Positions 1 to 13,700 of a stretch of 64,000 bases of DNA are shown piece by piece. The DNA is from Eledone cirrhosa (lineage: Eukaryota). The notes beneath the pieces are model-generated. The model was not told where the DNA came from and did no database searches. It saw nothing but the letters and a program-made list of their open reading frames with translations. A program made the position numbers and the translations under genes. Location of the stretch: contig OZ024755.1 of assembly GCA_964016885.1 (NCBI GenBank), positions 18,290,001 through 18,354,000 of the forward strand, read 5' to 3'. Within the stretch, counting starts at the first letter, position 1. Each line of letters opens with the position of its first letter.

Positions 1-349
1 AAGTTTGTCCTCATCAATGGCCATCCAACCGTCGTAGGCATTTCGTCGCATTAAAGGCCATATACCTCAGGTTGGTGCGAGCAACGGCTAAAAAAAAGTC
101 GTTGGGACACGTAAATAAAGGGGACGCTAGGGTAAACAAACAAAAAGGTTTAAGCAGCAGAAAGAGAGGAAGAAGGAAACAAGTCCCAGATTTCTATGAA
201 TATAAATTCGGTATATATATATACACACACACACACACATACATATATATACACACATATATATATATATACACATATATACATACACACACACATATAT
301 ATATATATATACGTACTCCTGTAACTGTCTGATGCCCTCTTCCTTATAA

Positions 350-460
350 GACAGTTACTGGAAAAGTACGTTGCTAAAAGTAAGCCTCTCTACCTGGCAG
401 ATGTTGATCTGGAGAAAGCTTTCGACAGAGTGTCCTGTGACATAAACTGGTGGGCTCCAG
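350..460 (+). mobile_element. RTE-type LINE RT fragment
   Basis: Translates to LLEKYVAKSKPLYLADVDLEKAFDRVSCDINWW, near-identical to the LINE at 55270-55370. Confidence 0.8.
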
Positions 461-465
461 TGGGA

Positions 466-1900
466 TGTTACCCGTCTTGTGTACGCCTGGGGTGGGGTCG
501 ATAGATTGGCATATGTAGCAACTCCCGACCACTTGACTTGGCTAGGAATAGGGTCCTATCCACTCCCATATAATGCATGGTATGCCACCTCCTCAACTCC
601 AAGTCACTCAGTTATCTCCTTTTCCCCATCGCCTGGCGCTTCCAGCCAGGCCTTCTTCACCCTGGTTAAGAGGTCCTCCCTATTATTCTCTGAGGGTACA
701 TGACCACACTCAACTTCAGATAGAATTCAGCAGCAAAAGTTCCCAGGTGGCGCTTATTAATATTTCTTTTGCCCCTCTTGTTCACACCTTCTTCTCACTG
801 GTGAGCACTGACCTCACCCATCTGAGTACAGTGACTGAATCAGTACGAATCTCTATGGTGTACAGCCTCCATCTCAGGGCGTTGATGTGGTTACAGTCCT
901 TCTTACTGGGTTAGGGTGCGCCCTGGACCTCGACACCTCCTATTACCAGAGTGACCCTAGCACTATGCTGCTGGCATCACACCATACGGTCTCATTTTCT
1001 GATTTGAGGACGTATCAGCTTCCTCTTACTGGGTCGTCCGCCTTTACTGTCTCCTTGATCTCCTGCATCATGGTCACTATCTTGTCTCCCCAGCTCACCC
1101 TGTCCACTCATCTCCTGACAGCTGCATACTGTTCGGTACCACCCTGCGATTGGAGACTGGCCCACAAATTTCCAACACATTGAGAAAAGTTCTCACCTGT
1201 CCATGTCCAGTTCTGGGACTTCATTTCTCCTCCGAAATACCAGTGTGCCCGTCTTGTCTCTTTGCAGCTCGAGTCCCAGTGTGGCTCCTCCCTCCATCGC
1301 TTCTGGCGGTTAACTCTAACCTTCCTAAGTGACTTGCATCGGTAGCAAATCATATCTAGCTTCGGCTCTCTGCAGTCCCTTTCCATATGCAGACCCTGAC
1401 ACCAGAAGCACTGAACGCCAACTGACGAGTGTTCACGAGGGCTCTTCTCCCCTTGTCGACTGCCATTGGCTTCTGTCACTGCAACATTCCACTCAGTACC
1501 TTGTCACTATACAACACTGTGTGATTAGCTCGCCTGGCAACTGTTGGAGCTTCACCGTAATCTCATCTGGGAAACCATTCACAAACACCATCTGCACAAC
1601 CCTTTTAAGGTTTCCCCCCTGTCAACTCGGTTAGCGTAGTCAACCGCCGTATTTCTGCTGCAAATAAGTCCACCTGCTCTCTCGTCCATCTCACTTTGCC
1701 TAGCTTGGTGAAAGCAGCATAAGACCCCTCAGTGAATGCTTCCTGAAGACATTCTATTTTCTACAAGTTCAGATGGTCATCCATCTTGAGGTACAATGTT
1801 ACTGCATTGCTATCGAGATAGAGAGCCGTTAGGCCAACCACGTTTTCGATAACTTTTTAGGCATGATTTCTATAAGTGCCTCCTTTCCTGTCACCAACCA
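466..1900 (-). mobile_element. Decayed, internally deleted Ty3/Gypsy LTR retrotransposon (gag, zinc knuckle, RT end, RNase H remnant)
   Basis: Gag-like ..ALYLDSNAVTLYLKM..LQEAFTEGSYAAFTKLGKVRWTREQVDLFAAEIRRL..VFVNGFPDEITVKLQQ; CFWCQGLHMERDC knuckle; CWKFVGQSPIAGWYRTVCS; RNase H-like DDPVRG..VWCDASS; ends ...TAACA at 466. Stops and frameshifts present. Confidence 0.8.
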
Positions 1901-2907
1901 CCTTGAAGATAGGTTGCTGGTCATTGTCACAACAGATGAACTCTCTGTTCTGTGTGTGATGGCGTGAGTGGGAGCGATAGAAGGCAAATAAGTACGAAGT
2001 TATAACAAGTGCGGTGTGATTTGACAGGGTGACGAGTGACAAAAATCAAACAAACAAACAAAAAAACCTTAGAAACATAAATTTCACCTCTAACACGAGA
2101 TGGGTGTAATTGTAAAAAATAACCCTATTTTGTTTACATTTGTTTCTTAACAAGTGTTAAATAAATACAGTTATGAAATTTAGATTGAAGACTGCGGTTA
2201 CACAACTGAATAACATCTACATGTGGTGCCAACGAAGTGGTAGCCTTTCACTGCTAAACATAGTTGCTATATCTCCCTCAAATTAAACTCAATATTCTAT
2301 TAAATACTGACGTATTACAAAATGTAATTATAGAAAACAATGTCAAAAATACTAAACAACACGAGATAGTCACGGCTGGAATATCTATGAACAATATGTC
2401 AACTTCGTTAGTCTGACATGACAGAGACCGAAAAATGAATTTCTACGATAAAAAATAATATTAAAGTAATAAATGTACAAGAATATTACAGCACTTTAGC
2501 TTCATTACTACCGGCGACTGTCATGAATGTTTTGACTTGCCGTTAGAAATATTTAGAAGTAAACACCAATATTTTCTGTTCAATGAGTAATTGGGGGGTG
2601 TGTCTATCTTTTTACGCTTTGTTTGGAATTTTTACCTTTCCTCATTTCTGTAATTAATTTCCCTCGCTCTCTCTCTATATATATATACATTTATTTATAA
2701 ATCATATTGGTTAGATAAATTACTTATGGGCGTGGTTAATATAATATAGAAAATAAAATTTAGTTTTCTCATAGTTACGTGAATGCCAGACATTAAATTT
2801 CCCGGTTTTCATTACATGTACCACCTTTCAGAGTTAGCCACACATTCTCAGTCACATTTTCGTATTTTCGGAGTGAACATTTTTATTTAGAATGATTGAT
2901 ATGGAAT

Positions 2908-3289
2908 ATCATCATCATCATCATCATTTTACGTCCGCTTTTCCTTGCTTGCAAGGGTGGGACGGGAACTGATTCTGGCTTGATTTCTACAGCTGGACCC
3001 CCTTCCTAACATTTACAGTGAGTGCTGGGTGCTTTTTTTCCGTGGCGCCTCCATGTCCACTTTACGGTGTGGGCTGGGTGCTTTTTTTTCCGTGGCACCT
3101 CCACGACCACTTTGCAGTGGAATGATAGGGATCCCAGTCCCTATCATCTCATTTCTACAGTTGAGTAAACTGGAGCAATGTGAAATAAAGTGTCTTGCTC
3201 AAGAAACAACACATCACCCGGTCTGAGAATTAAACTCACAACCTTTCAATTGCAAGCCCAATGCTCTAACCACTAAGCCATGTGCCTCC
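2908..3289 (-). mobile_element. tRNA-derived SINE family A (~340 bp, RTE-like (ATG)n tail), full length with short internal duplication
   Basis: Head GGAGGCACATGGCTTAGTGG (A box)..GAGTTYAATTC (B box); 9 highly similar copies in the window. Confidence 0.9.
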
Positions 3290-3439
3290 ATAATAATAAA
3301 GTTTATTAAATAAATTTCTATATAATTATATAATTTTTTCAATAGAAAATGATAAAATAAAGTAACGAAAGTGAGGGAGCAGCCAATCCTAGACAGTGGT
3401 GGCCATACCTGAACCCTGAAACCAATAAAGCAGAGTTTA

Positions 3440-3915
3440 AAGAGCAAAGATCAAGTCCAGTTCAGAAGTTGACATTCGTTTTGGCTGTCGACATCTGCTT
3501 CTCTTACCAGCCAAATTTCCTTCTAGGTATAACTTACTCACACCATGAGTTGATCTTTTGATATGACCAGACAGTTTAAGCACTCTTGACCTGACAACTG
3601 ATGTGATTGGTCTAAGCCTGGTGTTGAGCAGCTCACTGATACAGATATGGTCACTGATCCACTTGCCAGTTGTAAGTCTCATGATGTGATTCTGGAATGT
3701 AGAGAGCTTCTGAAGTGACCTTGTCATCCAATTAACACAGTCAAGACCATATAACACAACTGGTAGGATGTAAATATCTAAGATCTTAGCCTTCAAATGA
3801 TAGGAAACTCATTTTGATGTTAGTACTTCCTTGTTCTTGTTGAAAGCTGCCCAACCTAGAGCGATGCGATACTGCACAGCGACCATTCCATTGTTGTTTG
3901 ATGATAGTTTGTGAC
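3440..3915 (-). mobile_element. Non-LTR retrotransposon (RTE-like) ORF C-terminal fragment
   Basis: KAKILDIYILPVVLYGLDC...RSRVLKLSGHIKR...LEGNLAGKRSRCRQ. Confidence 0.75.
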
Positions 3916-3949
3916 TGAAAGAATACAATTGCGAATAAAGTGACCGAAA

Positions 3950-4165
3950 TGGTCAGATGGGTCTTTTGAGTAACGTTACTTGATAAAGTGCATAGCTCGG
4001 AGATCAGAGTGACATTCCAGGTAGCCCTGCTACTTCTCCGAATTGAGAGATCACTGTTCCGATACTATGGGCATGTGATTAGAATGTCTCAGGAAAGAAT
4101 CGAAGGAGTGTTTGAGGACTCTGTCCCCACGACCCTCTCAGGAATAAGTGGGTGAAGAAGAAGGA
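3950..4165 (+). mobile_element. LINE 3' fragment with (GAA)n tail; same family at 28590-28850 (-) and 33100-33350 (+)
   Basis: LFRYYGHVIRMSQERI; shared end gaggactctg..accctctcaggaataagtgggtgaagaag. Confidence 0.7.
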
Positions 4166-4199
4166 TATTTAACTCAGGTATGTTCTAATTATGTCGTCT

Positions 4200-7100
4200 T
4201 TGCTCATTGATTACATGTACCTGAAACAAATTTAATTAAGAGAATAACAACAAAACAAGATTTAGATTTTTTATATTTCCTATTTTCATAAAAACAAAGA
4301 TCTGTACATTATCACCATCTTATTTGCCATGAAAGTACTGTTTCTGCTGTTTTATATAACAGGACTGATAACTGTTGTAGTAGTAGCAGCAGCAATAGTG
4401 TTGTTGTTATAGTGCTGTGGAGATATTTGGGGATCAGACTTTATATATTTCATTTCAAAGTAGAAATATTGAGTTTCAAACTTTGGTTTTCAAGCACAAT
4501 AATGTAAAACAAAAATTGTCTAAAATAGATTGTTTTGATCAGTCAACATCCTTGATGTTTTCTACAATAATATTTTGACCAGATTGTTATATATATCTGA
4601 TGATTTTTCTCAAATAAATAACATACATACAGATATAATAACTCAAGTTTTAACTGTTTAAGATAATTAAAAATTTGATTAATGGAATTCTAGTTATTTT
4701 TAAAAAATAACTCAGAATTTTACACAAAACAAGTACATAAATTCTGCCTTTGATTTGGTAGTATAAAAAATAAATAAAACAATACATAAAAAAATATGGA
4801 AGGTGAAGGGGGCATATGAATGACAATAAATAACATTTTTGTACTGTCTATTTTATCCAATCTTTCATTTCACAAAATCTGCAATTTTTCAAGTGTAAAC
4901 TAAAATTTATTTTTTATTTGTATTATAGTACTTATATATTTTTTAATCTATGGACAACACCTTTATAAATCAAGGTTTGTAGAACTTATTTTAATTCTGC
5001 TGTGTTGTTAAGGAAATTATATATATATATATGATATATATATTATATATATGATATATATATATATACATATTATTCTCTAAGTAGGATGCTGTTATCT
5101 CAGAAAGTTTGTTTCTCCTTATTCCAGCTCAGTAAACTGAAGCAAATAGAATTGTCTTTCCTAGAAACAATGATTGACTCATCTGCCATAAGATATGAAA
5201 TTGTAAACCACAAGCTGTTAGTCAGACACCATATAAATTGGGCCATGTAATCTCTGTTTTATTTACTAACAGGAGTATATTAAATTCTTTTGAGAACACA
5301 CTATGTCAAACCATTCTGACAAACATTTTTCTATATTAAAGTTACTAAAAATAATAACTAACATTTCAGAGATGGTAAAGTAATTATGTGATATTAAAAA
5401 ATCATTGTCAAACATTTTAATGCTATCATATTTTTATATATTTGCAACTATCCAAGTTGGTAGTGTCTTCTAATTAGCCGAAGAGTTATTGACCTAAATC
5501 CAATCATTTCTGCTATTATATCTCTGGCAAACAGAACTTTACTTCGATACCATAGGCAGTAGACGTTACTGTTGTAAATAACAGAAGCATTGTATATGTC
5601 TTTCCTTAGCTTGCACCATTCCCTCGGTCTAAAAAAGGCAAATATATTCTGTCTATTCTGTCTTGAACTATTACATGAAGCTGAGGGTTTTATGTATGTC
5701 CCAACAATTGGATGGGTTAATCCTAAAAGATACAAGGTGATATTTTGTGCAAAGGTAAGAACACCATTATATTAGATACATTAGTGTACCTCACAGGTTA
5801 ACCTCAAGATTTCAATGTATATCTAATTATCATGATTAAAAAGGGTATGGAAATTTAATTACCACACCACACCACTAGAAGACAAAATCTCTCTCAGAAT
5901 GATGTGAGTCCCTGTTAAAAATTGTCAAGGTTTAAACCCAAAATATCAAATGTTTATCTGCATTTTAATAAGCGATACCAAAGATATTCATTAAATTTTA
6001 TCTGAACAAATCAAACGACTACTGCCAATTAAGTTCTTATTTTTTTTAGGCAAAGGAAAGACTAACATTAAGGACTTAAATAAAAAGTCTGTATATTTTA
6101 GGAGCTGACCAAATGAATGAAGGTTTAAATTATTCCTTTTTTGCTTTTACATTTCCTGATGATGTTTCTAACAACTTTAGATGCCATTAACTTCTTGCTG
6201 ATTCTTGATATTGAATAGATATAATTAATGGCATATTTTCATCTATATTTACTTCTCTTTTGTAACTTTAGAGTTTGGTAAAACAAAACAACTACATCAT
6301 TGAGAGGCATTAAAAGTCTGATTACATAAAGTAAAGCAAAATGTTTAGTTTGTCTAGCAAATAACTTGCCTTTTTCTTCAGAATGATGTGATTCCCTGTT
6401 AAAAATTGTCAAGGTTTAAACCCAAAATATTCAATGTTTATTTTCATTTTAATAACAGATACCAAAGATATTCATTAAATTTTATCTGAACAAATCAAAT
6501 GACTACTGCCAATTAAGTTGTACAAATCAAACGACTACTGCCAATTAAGTTTTTTTTTTTTTTTAATTTTTCACTTTAAGAAAACAGAATTATTGATGAT
6601 CATGAATTTATTTTAAAAAAAATCTTTTTACAAAAAATGTTTGGTAGATGGCTGAGTGACGGTCATTGAAATAGAAAAGGAGATTCTTTGCAATCTGTGG
6701 GAGAAATTTGAGGCATTCTGGATATTTAAGCACACAAAATGTACATGACAAACTGGAACACACACACTAATTTGAGTTATATACATTCACAGAACAAACT
6801 TAGGAGTTTTCTTAACAGTTATTTTTTCTTCTCGTAATCAATTTGTAATAATCATTAACCATTATTATGAAACACAAACTTGAACCACAGGGACAAAGAA
6901 CTAGAGAAGAAATAGTATTTAAAAAAGAGAGACATGTATGCCAATGACAATATGGGAAAATAAAAACATCCCCCCCTGCCATAAAAAGAAATACATTTCT
7001 GTAAGAAATTGAATACTTAAATGTTTATTCCACAAGCATTTTATCTTGGTATGGGGCCCGAACACGATATTTTAAACAAACTAATTTAGCTATATAATGT

Positions 7101-8926
7101 TTGTACATACAATTTTTACATCTCTACCTAATTATAGATAGTTAAACATTGGTAAACATTTAAATTTGCTTGAAATTGATTTTTTTTTTTGTTTTCTTTT
7201 CTTTCTTTTGGCAAGGGAAAAATTATTTTGTGAAATGTATTTACCCTTCATTATGAAGAGTTTCTTATGCATGGATCCTGATATTAAGATATAAGAGAGA
7301 GAGATCGGGGAGGGGGTAAATTTAATTGTGCCATAAAAGCAGAATAAAAGAATATAAATATATTTAACTATGATTTTGTTGACATATAAAGCATTTTCTT
7401 TTTTGTTGTTTTTTTTTTCCAGATGAATACATTTCAGAAAACATCATGACAAATAAATACTTTGATATGAAAGTTTATCAAACTATACTGAAATTGGTTC
7501 TTTGTATTTAGATAGGCTAAAAATTGATTTGAAAAGGCCTCACTTTTCTGAATAGTCAAAGTAGTAGTAGTAGTAGCAGCAGTCTGCATTTATGTACTAG
7601 ACTAGAAAATAACCCAAGTACCAGCAAGCTGGAGAGATGTGCAACTTTCAATAGAGTAAGTTTATGACAAAAGAAGATTTATTTCCCTCTTGTAGTTGAA
7701 TATTCTTAATATTTAAAAGACAGCAAGATACTGATTAAAAATTAAATCCCTGATTTAAGTTAGAGTGATCAAGAAATCTATATATAAGAAAAAAAAGTAT
7801 TATGCTTTTAAATATATTATTTCATGTAAAGTAAAATTGAAATAAATGTAAATGACATTTTGGACCAGCCAGTGCCTAATTTAGAAAGGCTAATTTAAAA
7901 GACTTCTCAGAACGAAACAGTTGGCAAACATTTTCATTAGACATGTCCAAGGATTTCTCTCTTCCACAGAATTTCCTTTTTTTGACATGCCTAATTATCA
8001 CACCTGAAATGTTGTTCAGTGAGCTGCATGACAATAATACATGCTACGAAAGCTTGCCTGGTAAAAAATCATTCAAATATGAGATATATATATATTAAAA
8101 CTTGCAATGCTCAATAAGTTATTCCTTATTTAGTCAGTTATTCAATATTTAAAGGAACTTAGATGTTATAATTGTTTTTACTTTTGGCACAAGGCCAGCA
8201 ATTATCCCAGTGCATTACTGGTACTTTATTTTATCGACCCCGTAAGGATAAAAGGCAAAGTTAACCTCAGCGGGATTTGAATTCAGTCCGAAAAGGGATG
8301 TAACTCTATGCTGCAAAACATGACGTCCGACTCTACTGATACTGCCAATCCACCACCCTTAGATGTTATAATATTCTGTAGAAAGTATATTTTACACTAT
8401 ATGTATGACGATTCATATTAATTTCATCCAAGATGTAAAAGTTGAAAACTGGTTGTGCATTCAATTTATCAAGAGAAAACCTATTCCAATACAACAATGT
8501 CTACCACAAATAAGTCCTGCTATAATCTTAATTACTATCATTGATTGTGTAGCCTATAAAATATACTTTATACATTTTTATTTTAAGATGTTGAAATTCT
8601 AATTATTATTGCGACTTTGGGTTTTTAGACTATTATGTTCTTAGAAACCAAGAATTCTTCAAGAGATATTTTTAAATTCCCTAAGTTCTGTAATAATAAG
8701 ATCGACTGACTATCACAGACATCTATATAAGGAAACGGAAGCTCAGAAATTAATGAGAATTAAAGGAAAAAAAAAAAAAAAAAAAAATCCCCACTGCAAG
8801 AGTTATCTCCCTTTGCATTCCGTTAGACAGAAGCTTTAAAACCTAGGCTCAATGAAGAAAGGTGTCAATTGCTGCCGTATGGCACAAGGTGAGGAGCAAG
8901 CCTGTAATTAAATCATAATTAGAATG

Positions 8927-8976
<50 letters not shown>

Positions 8977-10591
8977 CTGTGCTGAGTTGTTAATTGGAAG
9001 AGATAGCCAAGGCACATATCTTAGTAATATTCATAAATATACCTGGGTAGGGGTAGGGAAAAGGGTGTCGAGGAGAGAGAAGTTTTTATATAACACCGAA
9101 AGAAATTAAAAATCGATTTAAAGGAGGAGTAAGAAAATCAATTTGTTATCAATTGAACTGGTATTTTTTACAGGTTCACACAGAAATAATTTTGTGTTGT
9201 TAACTTATTTTTGTGAACTCTTCATCAGCACCATAAGATCAGCAGTTGTGTTGTAATTCCATCTAGAACCTTCCATGTTTGATATTTAAGGGGCAAATGA
9301 GGGAAGAGAAATTAAAAATGAAAATAAATAATTGTTAGAATATTTATAAAATGTTATTAAAAGAAAAATAAATAATGACACCTGAAATGTTTGCTTACCG
9401 CATAGAAAAATGTATGTGGAGGATATAGAAAATGTATTGCTATGAAAGAAGTGACTTTTGGAATATATTAGAGGGAAGGAGGGAGGGAAAAAAAGCAATG
9501 AATTTGATCAGGCAGTTTTTTTTTCTTCTAATTTCTTCACACAAACATTCATACACACACACACACTTATACAAAAAAAAAAAAATTTCTACCAACTTAA
9601 CATCAGAGTAGCTTCAGTTCATTTTTTTTTTCTTTGGTTGAATGTTTGAAGTAAAAGATAATCCATTTTACTGAATTAACTAAAAATCAACTTCTTTTGT
9701 TTCATTTATTATTTTTTTTTTTTTTGAGAAAAGTCTGTTTAAAAATTTTTTTTATCATGACTTGAACAGAGTCTCCATGTGGGTCGGTAGAGCACTTTTG
9801 TTGATGATAACAGTTGACAAGTGTTGAGATATTAAATTATATGAAACTGGTCAATTTTGGTGGGGAAAGTAAAAAAAAAAAATTTAAGTGGTCATTATTA
9901 TTTTTCAATAGTTTTAGCATTTTGTAGAATAAAATAACAAAACAAAAAAAAAAATGGTCCCTACATTTCCCCATATCCAGCTTGAAATTTTTTTTCTGAA
10001 ATTTTGCTGAAATTTTTAGCATTAATATTTCAAATGAGAAATCAAATATTTGCAGCTTTTTTTCACCACATATTTTCGAGAGAGAAAAAAATGAACACAT
10101 GATTATAAAATTTTTCCACATTTTTCTCAGAAATATTTGCAAATTTCTAATTGTCTTCAGTTTCTAATGACAAATTAGTTAGCTGAATTGGTGTGAGGAG
10201 TTTTTCAAGAAAACTGTAGAATTCACGTCGCTCAAAAAGGCCAGAAATCAACAGCACATATTCCAAAATACCTTCAACTCTTCTAGATTTTTTTTTCTCC
10301 TAAATCTATCATAATCCTGTTGTGATTTCTTCCAAGCAATGTTCATTTATAATTTATGACTTGGCATGCAATATTATATAGAAATAAGGACAGTAGGAGC
10401 TCCAATGCTTGTGGAACATCACAAATCTGTCTTTGTACTTTTTCTTATTCATTCATTTTGTGTGTCAAGGTTTATGATTTCTTTAATGTTTGAGTTTTTG
10501 GTGAGTTTATTTTTCTCCTTTTTATTTACCTTAAATATCTCAGAGTTTTATTTACATGCAATATCGAATATTGCATAACTATTTTCTGGAT
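4200..10591 (-). other. Putative long 3' UTR of the RhoGEF
   Basis: AT-rich and largely free of transposons and long microsatellites compared with the introns; several AATAAA on the minus strand (e.g. ~4906). 3' end not determinable. Confidence 0.4.
8170..8358 (-). mobile_element. tRNA-derived SINE family B (~190 bp) with Nin/Deu-like central domain; other copies near 18050, 19500, 20720, 21280, 30955, 31212, 31430, 43755, 46810, 50990, 51184, 54705, 59500
   Basis: TGGCAGTATCGG..GAGTTCAAATCCC (Pol III boxes), then GCCTTTCATCCTTACGGGGTCGATAAAATAAAGTACCAG (resembles the Nin/Deu domain), tail GTAGAAACAATTATT. Confidence 0.85.
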
Positions 10592-10779
10592 TCAACGCTT
10601 TTTCTTGCCAGAAAAAGAAAACCAGCTCCGTTTTTTATTGGCAGATGTGTGTGGTAATCTCTCAAGCAATGTGGTAGGATTGGTCATGCCTCGTGGGAGT
10701 GTGGCATGAGCTGGAAGGTTTTTCCATAATTCTTGCTGGTGACGAAATGACATGGGCATGTTCTTTTTCATTAATTTTT
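10592..10779 (-). CDS. Probable terminal coding exon ([31 protein letters not shown]...[14 protein letters not shown])
   Basis: tttgttttttcag acceptor at 10780-10781; in phase 1 the frame is open to TGA at 10592-10594; aromatic/basic tail resembles Asef/collybistin C-termini. Confidence 0.78.
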
Positions 10780-13700
10780 CTGAAAAAACAAAAGTACATA
10801 AATAAAATGAGATATTATATGATTAAATAAGATGAAACTGTGAATATCCAATTAGCTAATTAGCCAAATGTGTAATAAAACATTTAGATATTCAACAAAA
10901 TTAACAGTACATACTGTTAGAATTGTAAATATTGTTATATGATATAAAAACACACAATTAATTGTATTGAGTGTAAAATGTAGAAAAAAAAACAGATCTG
11001 AAATAATGTATGATTAATAATTTTATAGTTTATACACATGTAAGTTTGGACACTTACTTCTCCAAACTTTCAGTGTAAATATAGTCAAGGAGCATATAGA
11101 AAAAAATGTATTTTATAATATTACACAAGGACAAGTCTTTAAGTAAAGAAAGATACAGGTTATTTTAAGGCAAAATGCAAGTTTAAATGCTGGGCTAAAC
11201 CATGTACTCCTAAATTCAAACTTTATTATGTTTATTAGGGTCAGGGTTCAGCGGGCGACATAATATATATTTTTGCTGCCTCAGTTTTCAAGTTAATAAG
11301 TTTCACATGTATTTCACAGAAGAACTAATATCCAGTTGTAAATAATTTCTGCAACAATCTACTGACATACAAACATCCAACTTTCTAAAAAAAAAAACAA
11401 AAAAACTAGTCCATTCATGCTTGAGTAGAAAATTAATGTAAAACAATGTTATTTTAATAATTAACATGACAACAATACAGAGATTATAGTAAAAGTTTGA
11501 TTGGGAGAACTTTTCTGGTGGGGTTTCATTAAAATGAACATAAAACAACAATTATATCATAACATGACAAACTAAATGTGAGGTGACATAACATTCGACA
11601 AATATAGATGTGATGTAACATAACATGACACCGATGTGATGTGACGTAAAATATGACAGATGTGAGGTGACATATGACACAGATGTGACGTGACGTAACA
11701 TGATAGATGTGATGTGACATAACATATGATAACAGTAAGTCACAAACTTCAAAATGATATTTCGCTGAATTTACAACTATTTAAAAAAAAAAAAAATAAA
11801 AAAAAAATAAAAACAAAACAAATGTCCTAATAAAATAAAACTTGATGTTTCTGATTACTTGAATTAATCTAAGCAGAAAATAATTTAAAACTATATAATT
11901 ATTGTTGATTCTTGACATTAAAATGTTGATTATTGACAATTTGTTTCATCATCATCATCATCATCATTTTACGTCCACTTTTCCCTGCTTGCAAGGGTGG
12001 AACGGGAACTGATTCTGGCTTGATTTCTACAGCTAGATGCCCTTCCTAACACCAACCTCATTTACAGTGAGTGCTGGGTGCTTTTTTGCCGTGGCACCTC
12101 CACGACCACTTTGCAGTGGAATGATATGGACCCCAGTCCCTATCATCTCAGCTACAGCTGAGTAAACTGGAGCAATGTGAAATAAAGTGTCTTGCTCAAG
12201 AAACAACACATCACCCGGTCTGAGAATTGAACTCACAACCTTTCGATTGCAAGGCCAATGCTCTAACCACTAAGCCATGTGCCTCCTACAGCCATGTGCC
12301 TCCATACAGCCTGTTTATTAATATTAATATTTATTATTTAACCTTAAAATTCCTCTTGAGAGAGAGAGAAGAAGAAGACATATAACCTTTCCAATGTTTA
12401 AAAAGAGAACAACCTTTTCATTGAAACACAAGACCTGGCCAATTAACAATGTTTCAAGAAAGATTTCATGTAACTTACTGAACTGAATTCAACATTTTAC
12501 AAATAGAAAAATTAAAATGCCAGAAATTAATGAGCAAATGGTCAACAATGGAGGGAGTTGTCGGGGTGCCATATTGACATGCAGAATTTCTAAGGCATTT
12601 TTATACCCCTCCAGGTCTGAACGCAGCAGAGAAAGTGAGAAAGAGATGTTGAGGAAGAATTGACCGCAGTACTTGACAGGTGCTTGTTTTATCGATCTCA
12701 AAAGGATGAATGACAAAGTTGACCTCGGCAAGTTATATAGGAAAATGTTCAAGACCCCGACGGCAGAGCTCAAGCCGTTTCGATGGCTATTTCTGGACTA
12801 TATATATATATAAACATATGAATAAATATCAACAGAATAAGTAGTAACAGACAAAAATAAGTATTGGGGTCAATATAATCAACAAAAACCTTGAAAGTAC
12901 AGCACGAGGGGGCGCATGAAATAAGGGGGGGGGGGAAGTAAAAAAGGCCTTATACGAGATAAATATTAACACTAGTATAATATCTGTTAGATAGCTCACA
13001 ATGCTTTACATTAGCTATATTACTAGGAAACATGTTTAGTTCATGGACTTTTGGAGGGAAATCTAACCAAGAGGAAATAGTAAAATCAAAGAATTTAATA
13101 TTTATATTCATTGATGGGAATGATTGTAAGGTGTTGGTAGTTGTTAATAAGTTAACATTACTAGTATGGTAACTCTGTATCTTGAAATCTCAGTGTTTGT
13201 CTTTGGTATTCTTATTATCGACAAATAAGAGAAAACGATGGTGGTTGTATAATATTTGTGTGGCTTTGATAAGGTTTTAACTCCAAAAATATAAGATAAA
13301 GCTGGAAGAAAATTGCGATGCCAGTATTATATATATTTTTTACAATTTCAACAGCTCTTATTATGATTCTTGTTAGTTTCTAATTTATTACATCATCAAA
13401 TATGTTAGTTAGACTACAGAAGATACCAAGAATTGCTAAAACTGCAGTTATTAAATTAGCAATAAATAAGCATTAAAATATATCTAAACTCCCAGATAAT
13501 AGATACCGTACATTGTCAAGACTAGAAACATACTTAATAAAGTTTAGATCTATGAGTAGAAGCTGAGAAGATAAGTATAAGCCAGCCAGAGGAAGAAATA
13601 TTTAGAGTTTAATCAGGCTAAACTAATTAAATCAAAATAGATTCTGTTTTCTTAGATAAAAAAACCATGCATTAATGTCTATTTTCATTCAATATCTAGA

